32,000 bases of DNA from Candidatus Saccharimonadota bacterium (GTDB taxonomy: Bacteria; Patescibacteriota; Saccharimonadia; Saccharimonadales; Saccharimonadaceae). The notes beneath the pieces were generated by a model that did no database searches, was not told the origin of the DNA, and saw nothing but the letters and a program-made list of their open reading frames with translations. Made by a program: the position numbers and the translations under genes. How positions within the stretch are numbered: position 1 is the first letter of the stretch; each line of letters begins with the position of its first letter. Positions 16,921 to 24,622 of the stretch are shown here, piece after piece. Location of the stretch: the NCBI GenBank assembly GCA_025349965.1, contig CP075337.1:150001-182000 (forward strand). Reading direction: 5' to 3'.

Positions 16921-18209
16921 GTGATATCCTCAACTTTTGTATACTTTGCAAGATGTTTTCTAATTGCGAGCATTGCAGTGTAGGTGCAGTAGATGCGTTT
17001 TGGCTCGTTGGCATGGCGTTGTAATAGCATGGTGACGGATTTTTGAATATCCGTATCGCTGCTTCGGAGTGCGACGTCATCATAGTGAAGTCGAAGTGCC
17101 ATATCATCGGCGCGGATGCCTGTGGTGTAGACCGGGTGGTCTTTGAGGCTCGTGAAGTCAACATCCCATAACCAAGACATGTCGCGTCCGTCGGCATAAT
17201 TATCGTTAATAGCAATGAGTGTTGCATACCCCGCAGGAGAGTAAGATGAAAGACCGAGTTTAAAGCCTGCCGGGTTTTTTATGAGTACGAGTTCGACTGG
17301 CTGGTCGTCGACCATAAAGGTTTCACCACGGCCAAAAGCTGGAGTAATTTCCGCTAGTGCCTTCATAAGTTTTTCTACTTTTGCATTGGGAGTAATTGTC
17401 AATACGAGAGACAGCGCCGCTGCGCTATTGAAGATATTATACGCACCCTTAAGCTGAAGTTCTGTAGTGTGCTGTGTTTCCTGTACGTCGTAAGTGGCGC
17501 TTGATTGTGAAAAGCTTTTCAGTGTAACAAGGGGTGCCTTTGGCAGTTGAGGGAGAGTGGTTGGCGTATTTTTTGTGTGGTGTGAATCGTCACTCGGAAA
17601 ATACCCAAGAAGTGATGAATCGAGGCCAAAGTATTCGACGGTCTGTTCTTTTTTTAGTGTATCAGCAATAGAGCTGACTCGAGTATCCGTTCCGTTGAGC
17701 ACTACGGTTTGAGTAGTATTTTCCGCAATTACTTTGAGCATCGTGCGTGTAGTATCAATTTCACCAAAGCGATCAAGCTGATCACGGAGGACGTTTAGCA
17801 AAAGGCTGAAGCGAGGCTTGACAACATTGACGAATTTAACGGCGTGCGCCTCGTCGAGTTCAAGTACAGCGATATCTGCATTAAGCTTTCCGGTGACAGA
17901 TATTTCACCCAAGAGTGCTGCTGCGACGCCACGCACAAAATTACTCCCTGTTCGGTTTGTGAATACCTTTAGTCCTTGGCTCTCTAGGAGGGATACTACC
18001 ATTTTTGTGGTTGTCGTTTTTCCGTTTGTCCCGCTGATTACAACAACACCCTGGGGGAGTTTTTTGAGTGTGCGAGGAACGAAGTCTGGATCGATTTTCT
18101 CTACAAACAACCCCGGGAGTGCCGAGCCGCTGCCACCACGGAGGCGAGCTGCCTGACGAACAGCTTTACCGAAAATAATTGTGAACGGTTTGGGTATGTG
18201 TTTTGGCAT
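16917..18209 (-). CDS. murT: lipid II isoglutaminyl synthase ligase subunit MurT (Mur ligase family with C-terminal DUF1727)
   Basis: 430 aa with a Mur ligase P-loop ISGTNGKTTTTKM, the C-terminal DGRDMSWLWDVDF motif, and pairing with gatD. Confidence 0.9.
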   Translation of the reverse strand: MPKHIPKPFTIIFGKAVRQAARLRGGSGSALPGLFVEKIDPDFVPRTLKKLPQGVVVISGTNGKTTTTKMVVSLLESQGLKVFTNRTGSNFVRGVAAALLGEISVTGKLNADIAVLELDEAHAVKFVNVVKPRFSLLLNVLRDQLDRFGEIDTTRTMLKVIAENTTQTVVLNGTDTRVSSIADTLKKEQTVEYFGLDSSLLGYFPSDDSHHTKNTPTTLPQLPKAPLVTLKSFSQSSATYDVQETQHTTELQLKGAYNIFNSAAALSLVLTITPNAKVEKLMKALAEITPAFGRGETFMVDDQPVELVLIKNPAGFKLGLSSYSPAGYATLIAINDNYADGRDMSWLWDVDFTSLKDHPVYTTGIRADDMALRLHYDDVALRSSDTDIQKSVTMLLQRHANEPKRIYCTYTAMLAIRKHLAKYTKVEDIT

Positions 18210-18237
18210 ATCTATTATTATACTCTATACTATAACT

Positions 18238-18621
18238 ATGTTCTTGGTGGGACTTATTACATGGTGGTATGGGCGTGGCTGGATAGAGCAGTGGCGTCGC
18301 AATGGGGGTATGTTTATGCGCACCCTTGAATTCTTTTCGGTTGGACAGCTTGCGGCGACGCTTTTCTCGCCATTCCGCCAGATTTCAGCAGGTAATAGGG
18401 GAAATGGGTCTTTTGCCTCTGCTTTTAGTGCCTTTTTTGATAGGTTAATATCACGAATTGTCGGTGCGTTCGTCCGCGGTTTTACGATCATTGCCGGTGT
18501 CATAGTAATTGCCCTACAGGCGCTTTACGTGGCGGTTATCATGGCGTTTTGGTGGTTCGTCCCGCTACTTCCCTTGGTTGGATTTGTCGCTTTCATGATA
18601 GGATGGGTGCCTCGTGGATAA
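18238..18621 (+). CDS. hypothetical small membrane protein, translationally coupled to the downstream AAA+ gene
   Basis: Start chosen at ATG 18238, 6 nt after -10 TATACT (18226-18231). It has an N-terminal TM and two C-terminal TMs. Its stop TAA (18619-18621) overlaps the GTG 18614 start of the next gene. Confidence 0.55.
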   Translation: MFLVGLITWWYGRGWIEQWRRNGGMFMRTLEFFSVGQLAATLFSPFRQISAGNRGNGSFASAFSAFFDRLISRIVGAFVRGFTIIAGVIVIALQALYVAVIMAFWWFVPLLPLVGFVAFMIGWVPRG

Positions 18622-21028
18622 AACTCTCTTCAACTGGCATAGTCGCCGTGCACGATTAGCGCGATACGGGCATGCGCTTCGTGCGTGGGTACTTGTTATC
18701 ACGATTCTTTCGGCTGCTTTAATTATTCTGGGTATCTTTGCGCTTGTTGCGGGTCTTGCATTTGGCTGGTTGCTTATTGGATTTGCGGCATTACCAGCAA
18801 TGGTCGTCCAGTGGTACAATTATGAACTTTCAGCATTACCGAACGAAAAAAGCAATTCGAGTATTGATGCAGTTATGGATACGGAGCTCTTGTCGCTTCT
18901 TTCGCAAAACCCCTCTCCTAAAGAGCTGGCGGTTCGACTTAATGAAACGAATGGTGGGTTATTTTTTGAAGTGCGGTTTGGGCTTGGTGGTGGCTTCTTC
19001 AAAGAGGTTGCCACTGATAACCCTGCTGACACAGCCGCTATTTTCAATGAGGCATTAAGTATTGCCAGTCAAGTTGGCGGTAGGGTGAGCCCCGGGGTAA
19101 TTATCCTTGCGATGGTGCGTCAACTTCCAATGAAGCAGACAGTGCTGGGGCATTTACAGCTATCTGAAGATGATCTCATGACGGGTATTATCTGGTACCA
19201 CCGGCTTCATGAGCTGGCAAATAAGAGCAAGAAGCAAACAAAACAGCCGGGTGGGGTTGGGCGTGATTGGTCATTTGGCTGGATTCCAACGTTGCAGCGT
19301 TTTGGTGTGTCACTTGCGCATGGTGGCACGGCATCCCGCAATGATGTGCGTACTGCGCAGGTTGGGCAGCTGATTGGTACGCTTGGTTCTGGCGGCGGTA
19401 CGATTGGTATTATTGGACGTGATGGTGTAGGGAAGACTGAACTGGTTCGTGAACTTGCGAATACTCTGATGCGACCAGATAAATCAGTGCCACGTGGGCT
19501 TTGGTATCAGCAGGTATTTATGCTTGATGCGTCTCGCATTCTTTCTGCGGGAAACGAGCGGGGTGCTGTTGAACAGATTGTTGGTGCAATTCTTGGCGAG
19601 GCCTATGCTGCAAAAAATATCATCGTGTGCTTTGACAATGCGGAGCTCTTTTTCCAAGATGGTGTTGGCTCAGTCGATATCTCAAATCTATTAACGCCAA
19701 TCGTTGAAGCGGGGCGACTCCGCATGATTATGACGATTGATGAGCAGAACTTCCTTCGCATCAGCAAACAGGCGCCGGCGTTGGCAAATTCAATGACGCG
19801 CGTCATAGTGCAGCCAACAGATGAGAAGGATACTATCCGTGTTCTAGAGGATCATATTCCGTTCCTGGAGTATAAGCGTAAAAACACTTTTATGTACCAA
19901 GCACTAAAAGAAGCATACCGTTTGAGTCAACGCTATGTGTACGATGTGTCTATGCCGGGACAAGCGATTCGTCTTCTCGAGCAATCAGCCGAGCATGCCG
20001 AAGGTGGCAAACTCGTTTCGGCTCGTTCTGTTGCGCAGGCGATTGAGCATATGACGGGCGTGAAGACGGGCGCGGCGGCCGGCGATGAAGAGCGCGAAAT
20101 GCTGCTTAATCTTGAGGCGCGTATTCATGAGCGAATGATTGGGCAAGAACGGGCGGTGAGTGTTGTTGCAGACGCGCTGCGTCGTGCGCGGTCTGGTGTA
20201 CGCAATCAGAATCGTCCTGTCGGTACATTCTTATTCCTTGGCCCAACTGGTGTTGGTAAGACGGAGCTCGCAAAGTCATTAGCAGAAGTGTATTTCGGCG
20301 GTGAACAGAACATTATTCGTCTTGATATGAATGAGTTCGTGTCGCCAGATGATGTTGCACGTTTAATTGCGGATGGTGCGGATGATGCAGGTAGTCTTGC
20401 TGCACAGGTGATGAAGCAACCCTTTAGCGTAGTGCTTCTGGATGAGCTAGAGAAGGCGCATTCAAGTGTACTCACAACCCTTTTACAACTCCTCGACGAG
20501 GGTGTGCTGCGGGATGTTCGTGGGCGTGAAGTAAGTTTTAGGGATACAGTTGTAATCGCAACAAGTAACGCTGGTGCAAGCCGTATTCAAGAATATATTC
20601 AGCGTGGCTACACGCTTCAGCAGTTTGAAGAGACATTTATAAATGAGCTCATTAGTGGCCATATTTTCCATCCTGAATTTTTGAACCGTTTTGATGAAAT
20701 GGTGGTCTTTTCGCCACTCTCTAAGCCAGAGTTGCTCCAAGTTGTTGATCTCATCTTGAAGGGTGTTAATAAAAACCTTGCCGAGCAACAAATTACTATT
20801 TCTGTCACACCTGATGCGAAAGAGTACTTGGTTGAGAGAGGATATGATCCTCGGCTTGGTGCGCGTCCAATGCGTCGCGTGGTGCAACGTGCGGTTGAAA
20901 GCACGGTGGCAAAACTACTCCTCTCTAATGCTGCAACGCCGGGAAGCGTTATTGAACTTACCAAGGAGCAGGTTGAGGCTGTGCTTGGTCCTGAGCAGCA
21001 AGCCCAAGCAATTATTTCGGGACAATAA
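18614..21028 (+). CDS. membrane-anchored Clp/Hsp100-family double-AAA+ ATPase, atypical (no M-domain, no pore-loop Tyr, degenerate D1)
   Basis: 804 aa. A TM hairpin spans aa 24-66, followed by a Clp_N-like segment (VSPGVIILAMVRQ). D1 has Walker A GRDGVGKT but Walker B IIVCFDNAE. D2 is canonical (GPTGVGKT, VVLLDELEKAH, GARPMRRVV). Confidence 0.85.
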   Translation: MDKTLFNWHSRRARLARYGHALRAWVLVITILSAALIILGIFALVAGLAFGWLLIGFAALPAMVVQWYNYELSALPNEKSNSSIDAVMDTELLSLLSQNPSPKELAVRLNETNGGLFFEVRFGLGGGFFKEVATDNPADTAAIFNEALSIASQVGGRVSPGVIILAMVRQLPMKQTVLGHLQLSEDDLMTGIIWYHRLHELANKSKKQTKQPGGVGRDWSFGWIPTLQRFGVSLAHGGTASRNDVRTAQVGQLIGTLGSGGGTIGIIGRDGVGKTELVRELANTLMRPDKSVPRGLWYQQVFMLDASRILSAGNERGAVEQIVGAILGEAYAAKNIIVCFDNAELFFQDGVGSVDISNLLTPIVEAGRLRMIMTIDEQNFLRISKQAPALANSMTRVIVQPTDEKDTIRVLEDHIPFLEYKRKNTFMYQALKEAYRLSQRYVYDVSMPGQAIRLLEQSAEHAEGGKLVSARSVAQAIEHMTGVKTGAAAGDEEREMLLNLEARIHERMIGQERAVSVVADALRRARSGVRNQNRPVGTFLFLGPTGVGKTELAKSLAEVYFGGEQNIIRLDMNEFVSPDDVARLIADGADDAGSLAAQVMKQPFSVVLLDELEKAHSSVLTTLLQLLDEGVLRDVRGREVSFRDTVVIATSNAGASRIQEYIQRGYTLQQFEETFINELISGHIFHPEFLNRFDEMVVFSPLSKPELLQVVDLILKGVNKNLAEQQITISVTPDAKEYLVERGYDPRLGARPMRRVVQRAVESTVAKLLLSNAATPGSVIELTKEQVEAVLGPEQQAQAIISGQ

Positions 21029-21058
21029 AATAACCCCAAAGCTGGGGTTATTATTTCC
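21029..21058. terminator. rho-independent terminator between the AAA+ gene and convergent tRNA-His
   Basis: Perfect 10-bp stem aataacccca/tggggttatt (21029-21038 and 21043-21052) with loop aagc and a following T-rich tail. Confidence 0.8.
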
Positions 21059-21071
21059 TTAAGATCTCATC

Positions 21072-21149
21072 TGGGGCGAATGAAGGGAATCGAACCCTCG
21101 GCCTCCGGAACCACAACCCGGCGCTCTAACCAACTGAGCTACATCCGCC
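21072..21149 (-). tRNA. tRNA-His(GTG) with genome-encoded G-1 and CCA
   Basis: Reverse complement: G(-1) GCGGATG TA GCTC AGTTGGTTA GAGC G CCGGG TTGTGGT TCCGG ... GAGGG TTCGATT CCCTT CATTCGC C CCA. The anticodon is GTG, and G-1 lies opposite discriminator C73. Confidence 0.93.
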
Positions 21150-21253
21150 ATAGGCCTTAAGACGTAGTTTATTATAACAGATAGAGGGACGTTTTGGTAG
21201 AGGAGAAAACTCTTTATTATCTTGAGGTGGTGTTGTATAATAACACAGTACCT

Positions 21254-21328
21254 GCGGGCGTCGTATAATGGCTAATATACGTGCCTTCCAAGCATGTGAT
21301 GAGAGTTCGATTCTCTCCGCCCGCACCA
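21254..21328 (+). tRNA. tRNA-Gly(TCC), CCA encoded
   Basis: Acceptor GCGGGCG/CGCCCGC, anticodon arm CGTGC-CTTCCAA-GCATG, T arm GAGAG-TTCGATT-CTCTC, discriminator A, then CCA. Confidence 0.93.
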
Positions 21329-21340
21329 AGAACTTATATT

Positions 21341-21370
21341 AAAAGATGCTCTACTCTGGGCATCTTTTAT
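21341..21370 (+). terminator. rho-independent terminator after tRNA-Gly
   Basis: Stem aaaagatgctc (21341-21351) pairs with gggcatctttt (21058-type positions 21358-21368), followed by T residues. Confidence 0.75.
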
Positions 21371-21447
21371 ATATTGTAGGAGTTTATAAAAGCAATGGAG
21401 TCGGGTGTATACTGAGAAATAACTGCGAGCGCAAAGGGGACACTTGA

Positions 21448-21666
21448 ATGGACGTTGACACATACATTGATACATTTGATAAGGAAGTGCGGGAACGCTT
21501 GACGCAGATGCGGAAGCTTGTGCGACAAGAGGCCCCTGATGCAGTAGAATCATTTACTTATGCCTTGTTGGGTACAAGCTAAACAGAAAACAACTGGTGT
21601 ACTTTGGTGGATTTAATTAAGAAAGTTATTTCGTACCGTAAAGGACAGCTGGGCATAGTCGAGTAA
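21448..21666 (+). pseudogene. decayed remnant of a DUF1801 (YdhG-like) domain gene
   Basis: Frame 1 reads MDVDTYIDTFDKEVRERLTQMRKLVRQEAPDAVESFTYA and stops at TAA 21580. The family-typical YKLNRKQLVYFGGF is in frame 0 (21573-21617). The C-terminal-like LIKKVISYRKGQLGIVE* is back in frame 1. Total length is about 72 codons versus about 115-130 for intact family members. Confidence 0.6.
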
Positions 21667-21691
21667 TCAAGGATGCGCAGCGTAAGTACTG

Positions 21692-22018
21692 TTATTTCTT
21701 CTCGCCCTTTTTAATTTGCTTCTCTTCGCGTTTCTTGTTTGTATCTGCGCCGGGCAGAGCCTCTATGAGCTCGTCAAGCTTGTCCTGGATAGCCTGAGTG
21801 TCGGCATTCTGAGAGCTTTGCACTACGAAGAGCAAGAAGAAGGTCGATACAAAGATGCAAAGGTCCATAATATCAAACCATGTCTGGTATTCAATAAATA
21901 ATCCTGCAATAAACCAGGCGAGGATGACGAGAAATACTACTGCAAATATCTTTGGATTGCCAATAAAATCAGCAAGTTTGTTCATGAACTTGGTAAGGTT
22001 TTTTTCCATCTTTTTCAT
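21692..22018 (-). CDS. low-affinity iron permease family protein (Fet4-like small membrane protein)
   Basis: MKKMEKNLTKFMNKLADFIGNP..., two TMs, then VVQSSQNADTQAIQDKLDELI, which is typical of the family. Start chosen at ATG 22018, 6 nt after -10 TACAAT. The longer ORF-track version (to 22105) adds a non-homologous N-terminus. Confidence 0.8.
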   Translation of the reverse strand: MKKMEKNLTKFMNKLADFIGNPKIFAVVFLVILAWFIAGLFIEYQTWFDIMDLCIFVSTFFLLFVVQSSQNADTQAIQDKLDELIEALPGADTNKKREEKQIKKGEKK

Positions 22019-22024
22019 ACTTCT

Positions 22025-22075
22025 ATTGTACACCTTTTGGTCGAGAGGTGGTGCGTAGTGGTGAGGGGGTATAAT
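22025..22075. promoter_or_regulatory. back-to-back divergent -10 boxes for two leaderless-type genes
   Basis: On the minus strand, TACAAT (complement of 22025-22030) is followed by 6 nt and then ATG 22018. On the plus strand, TATAAT (22070-22075) is followed by 6 nt and then ATG 22082. Confidence 0.5.
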
Positions 22076-22081
22076 GGACAT

Positions 22082-22528
22082 ATGGTACGTAAGCAAAAGA
22101 GTCACACGGCCGACGAGTTTAATCTTGATGTACTCTCAAGTGATATAGATTTATTTCGCTGGTTCTTGCTCTGTTATCTTTTTGGGAAACCGATTCGTTC
22201 GGAAAGTGCTGTGAAGACCTGGCGGTTGTTTATTGATAAGAAGCTAGATACGCCCTGGGCAATTATGGAAGTGTCGGAGCATCGCTTGGTGGGAGTGCTG
22301 CATGCTGGTGGGTATACGCGATATCAACACGTGACGGCACGGGGTTTAAAACTATGTATGGAGCGTCTCATTCGTGAATATGAGGGCTCTCTTTTTCTAA
22401 TGCTTGAATATAGCCAAGACGAAGATGATTTTTCTAAGCGATTGCAGAAGTTATATGGTGTTGGAAAGAAGGTGGCGGAGATTTTTATGCGCGAGACGGA
22501 GGAGGCGTTTGCGCGTCGAATTGAGTAG
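22082..22528 (+). CDS. hypothetical protein with helix-hairpin-helix-like C-terminal motif (possible HhH-GPD-related fold; function uncertain)
   Basis: 148 aa from ATG 22082. LQKLYGVGKKVAEIFMRE resembles an HhH GVG motif. The all-helical pattern resembles endonuclease III/AGOG-like proteins, but no catalytic Asp could be assigned. Confidence 0.5.
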   Translation: MVRKQKSHTADEFNLDVLSSDIDLFRWFLLCYLFGKPIRSESAVKTWRLFIDKKLDTPWAIMEVSEHRLVGVLHAGGYTRYQHVTARGLKLCMERLIREYEGSLFLMLEYSQDEDDFSKRLQKLYGVGKKVAEIFMRETEEAFARRIE

Positions 22529-22582
22529 GCTGCTGTGATGCTGTTATACTAAGAGTACAGATCGTTAAGCGAAAGGAGGCGT

Positions 22583-23479
22583 ATGCCGAGTAAATCAATT
22601 AACGAATTACAAGATCCACGCGGGCAATATCCCGAGATGGATATTCCGCCGCAGCGGCAATCTGAGCCCGGGCTCGATAGCGCCTTAGAGCCATTGGCAG
22701 ATCACGGACTGGCTACATACACAGGGAGCGGACGCCTTAAGGGGCGTAAAGCCCTTATTACGGGTGGCGATAGCGGTATTGGCAGGGCTGTGGCCATTGC
22801 TTTCGCTCGTGAAGGTGCAGATGTCGCGATTAGTTATCTACCTGTAGAGCAGACGGATGCGGAAGATGTGAAGGCAGCTATTGAGGCAAGTGGCCAGCAA
22901 GCGGTTCTTATACCCGGAGACCTTACAAGTGAGGACTTCGCACGCAGTCTTCCGAAGCGGGCGGCCGAAACGCTTGGCGGACTTGATATTTTAGTAAATA
23001 ATGCAGGTAAGCAGATGTATAACGATGATTTCGCCACCATCCCTACTAAGCAGATTATCGATACATTTACCGTTAATGTCTTTGCGATGATGTGGATTAC
23101 ACAAGAAGCGCTTGCGTATCTTCCTCCGGGGTCCGCTATTATCAATACGACATCCATCCAGGCGGCGCAGCCATCCCCCGGACTACTTGACTATGCTGCA
23201 ACAAAAGCTGCAATCTTGAATTTTAGCCGAGGACTGGCGCAACAACTTACACCAAAGGGTATTAGGGTGAATGCCGTTTCACCGGGACCAATCTGGACAC
23301 CGCTACAGCCAAGTTATGGGCAGTCTAAGGACAAACTCACGAAGTTCGGTAAAGATACACCGCTTGGACGCGCGGGACAACCCGCCGAACTCGCATCTAC
23401 TTACGTGTTTCTTGCAAGCCCTGAAGCGAGTTATATTTCTGGAGAGGACATTGCCGTAACTGGAGGTAAGCTACTATAA
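22583..23479 (+). CDS. SDR family oxidoreductase (YghA/YdaD general-stress-protein-39-like)
   Basis: 298 aa with [33 protein letters not shown], the YAATKAA catalytic YxxxK, and a strong AAAGGAGG SD. Confidence 0.9.
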   Translation: MPSKSINELQDPRGQYPEMDIPPQRQSEPGLDSALEPLADHGLATYTGSGRLKGRKALITGGDSGIGRAVAIAFAREGADVAISYLPVEQTDAEDVKAAIEASGQQAVLIPGDLTSEDFARSLPKRAAETLGGLDILVNNAGKQMYNDDFATIPTKQIIDTFTVNVFAMMWITQEALAYLPPGSAIINTTSIQAAQPSPGLLDYAATKAAILNFSRGLAQQLTPKGIRVNAVSPGPIWTPLQPSYGQSKDKLTKFGKDTPLGRAGQPAELASTYVFLASPEASYISGEDIAVTGGKLL

Positions 23480-23506
23480 CAGGCAGATAAAGAGTCTGGT
23501 TAAACG

Positions 23507-24073
23507 TTAAACCACAGGACTGGGGTTACGACGGAAACAGCTTGCTATATGGTCATTTACAAGGCCAGCAGATTGCATATACGCATAGATGATTGTCGGG
23601 CCAACAAAAGTAAAGCCACGCTTCTTTAAGTCTTTGGAAATTGTTTCGGCAAGAGCGGTTTTTGCGGGTACTTCATCCATGGTACTCCAATTGTTCACGA
23701 TGGGCGTATTCTCAACAAATTCCCAAAGGTATGCGTTAAAGCTGCCAAATTCTTCTTGAACTTTCAAGAAAGCCTGAGCATTCTTGGTGGCGGATGCTAT
23801 TTTGAGCCGATTGCGGATGATTCCAGGATTCTGAAGCAGTTCTGCGTGCTTCGCGGTGCCGTAGGATGCAACTGTCTTAATATCAAAATTATCAAAAGCC
23901 TTACGGTAATTCCCGCGCTTTGCTAGTACTGTGTCCCAACTTAAGCCTGCCTGCGCTCCCTCGAGGGTGAGCAGCTCAAACAGCGCCTGGTCGTCATGCA
24001 GAGGAACACCCCATTCGGCATCATGATACTGAATAGAGAGATCATTTTTTGCCCAGCTACAGCGATATTTCAT
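23507..24073 (-). CDS. tag: DNA-3-methyladenine glycosylase I
   Basis: 188 aa with RCSWAKNDLSIQYHDAEWGVP, FELLTLEGAQAGLSW and an HIASCF zinc-site region. Confidence 0.92.
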   Translation of the reverse strand: MKYRCSWAKNDLSIQYHDAEWGVPLHDDQALFELLTLEGAQAGLSWDTVLAKRGNYRKAFDNFDIKTVASYGTAKHAELLQNPGIIRNRLKIASATKNAQAFLKVQEEFGSFNAYLWEFVENTPIVNNWSTMDEVPAKTALAETISKDLKKRGFTFVGPTIIYAYMQSAGLVNDHIASCFRRNPSPVV

Positions 24074-24102
24074 GAACCTTATTGTACGCTAAAAACACAG
24101 AC

Positions 24103-24576
24103 TTAGTTAAGCGTCGCAACTCCGACAGTGAGATAGGTTGCAAAACCAACCCATGCGAGATACGGGACAAGTAGCCAGAACGCTAAATCCGAATGTTTTT
24201 TAAACTCAATCATTGTCCATATAATGCTTGCGATAAGCCCAATGATTATAATAACGCCGAGCCATGGAAGATGCAGGGTGAAGAACGCGACTGACCACAA
24301 TACATTCAGAATAAGTTGTGTAAAGAAGGCGATATAGACAACACCAGCTTGCTTTTTCTTAGCAATCCATACAAGAAAAAGGGCAATTCCCATGAAAACA
24401 TATAAAATACTCCACACTGGTCCGAATGCTTCGTTTGGTGGAAGGAGTGGGGGTTTGGCAAGCTCTGCATACCAGGTAGGGATATTAGGAGTTGTTGCGA
24501 GTGACCCAAGTGCGCCTGCACCCATTGCGACGACAAGTGACGCGACAAGTTGAGTAATTCTTTTCCAAATTTTCAT
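24103..24576 (-). CDS. tspO: TspO/MBR family tryptophan-rich sensory protein
   Basis: 157 aa with 5 TMs and the motifs WYAELAKPPLLPPNEAFGPVWSILYVFMG and LVPYLAWVGFATYL. An AAGGAG SD is present. Confidence 0.9.
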   Translation of the reverse strand: MKIWKRITQLVASLVVAMGAGALGSLATTPNIPTWYAELAKPPLLPPNEAFGPVWSILYVFMGIALFLVWIAKKKQAGVVYIAFFTQLILNVLWSVAFFTLHLPWLGVIIIIGLIASIIWTMIEFKKHSDLAFWLLVPYLAWVGFATYLTVGVATLN

Positions 24577-24622
24577 GACATAAACTCCTTATAAAAATAC
24601 CCCTCCGGAGAGGGATAAAATT

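Noticed and set aside
18181-18237. The GTG 18181 start for the small membrane protein. Likewise the long N-terminal versions 21692-22105(-) and 22037-22528(+).
   Set aside because: The extensions overlap the divergent neighbour's coding or promoter sequence and add non-homologous residues. Internal ATGs at 18238, 22018(-) and 22082 each lie exactly 6 nt downstream of a -10 hexamer.
21126-21553. Minus-strand ORFs of 67 and 93 aa.
   Set aside because: They overlap tRNA-His and tRNA-Gly, and the second runs antisense through the DUF1801 remnant. No coding signals are present.
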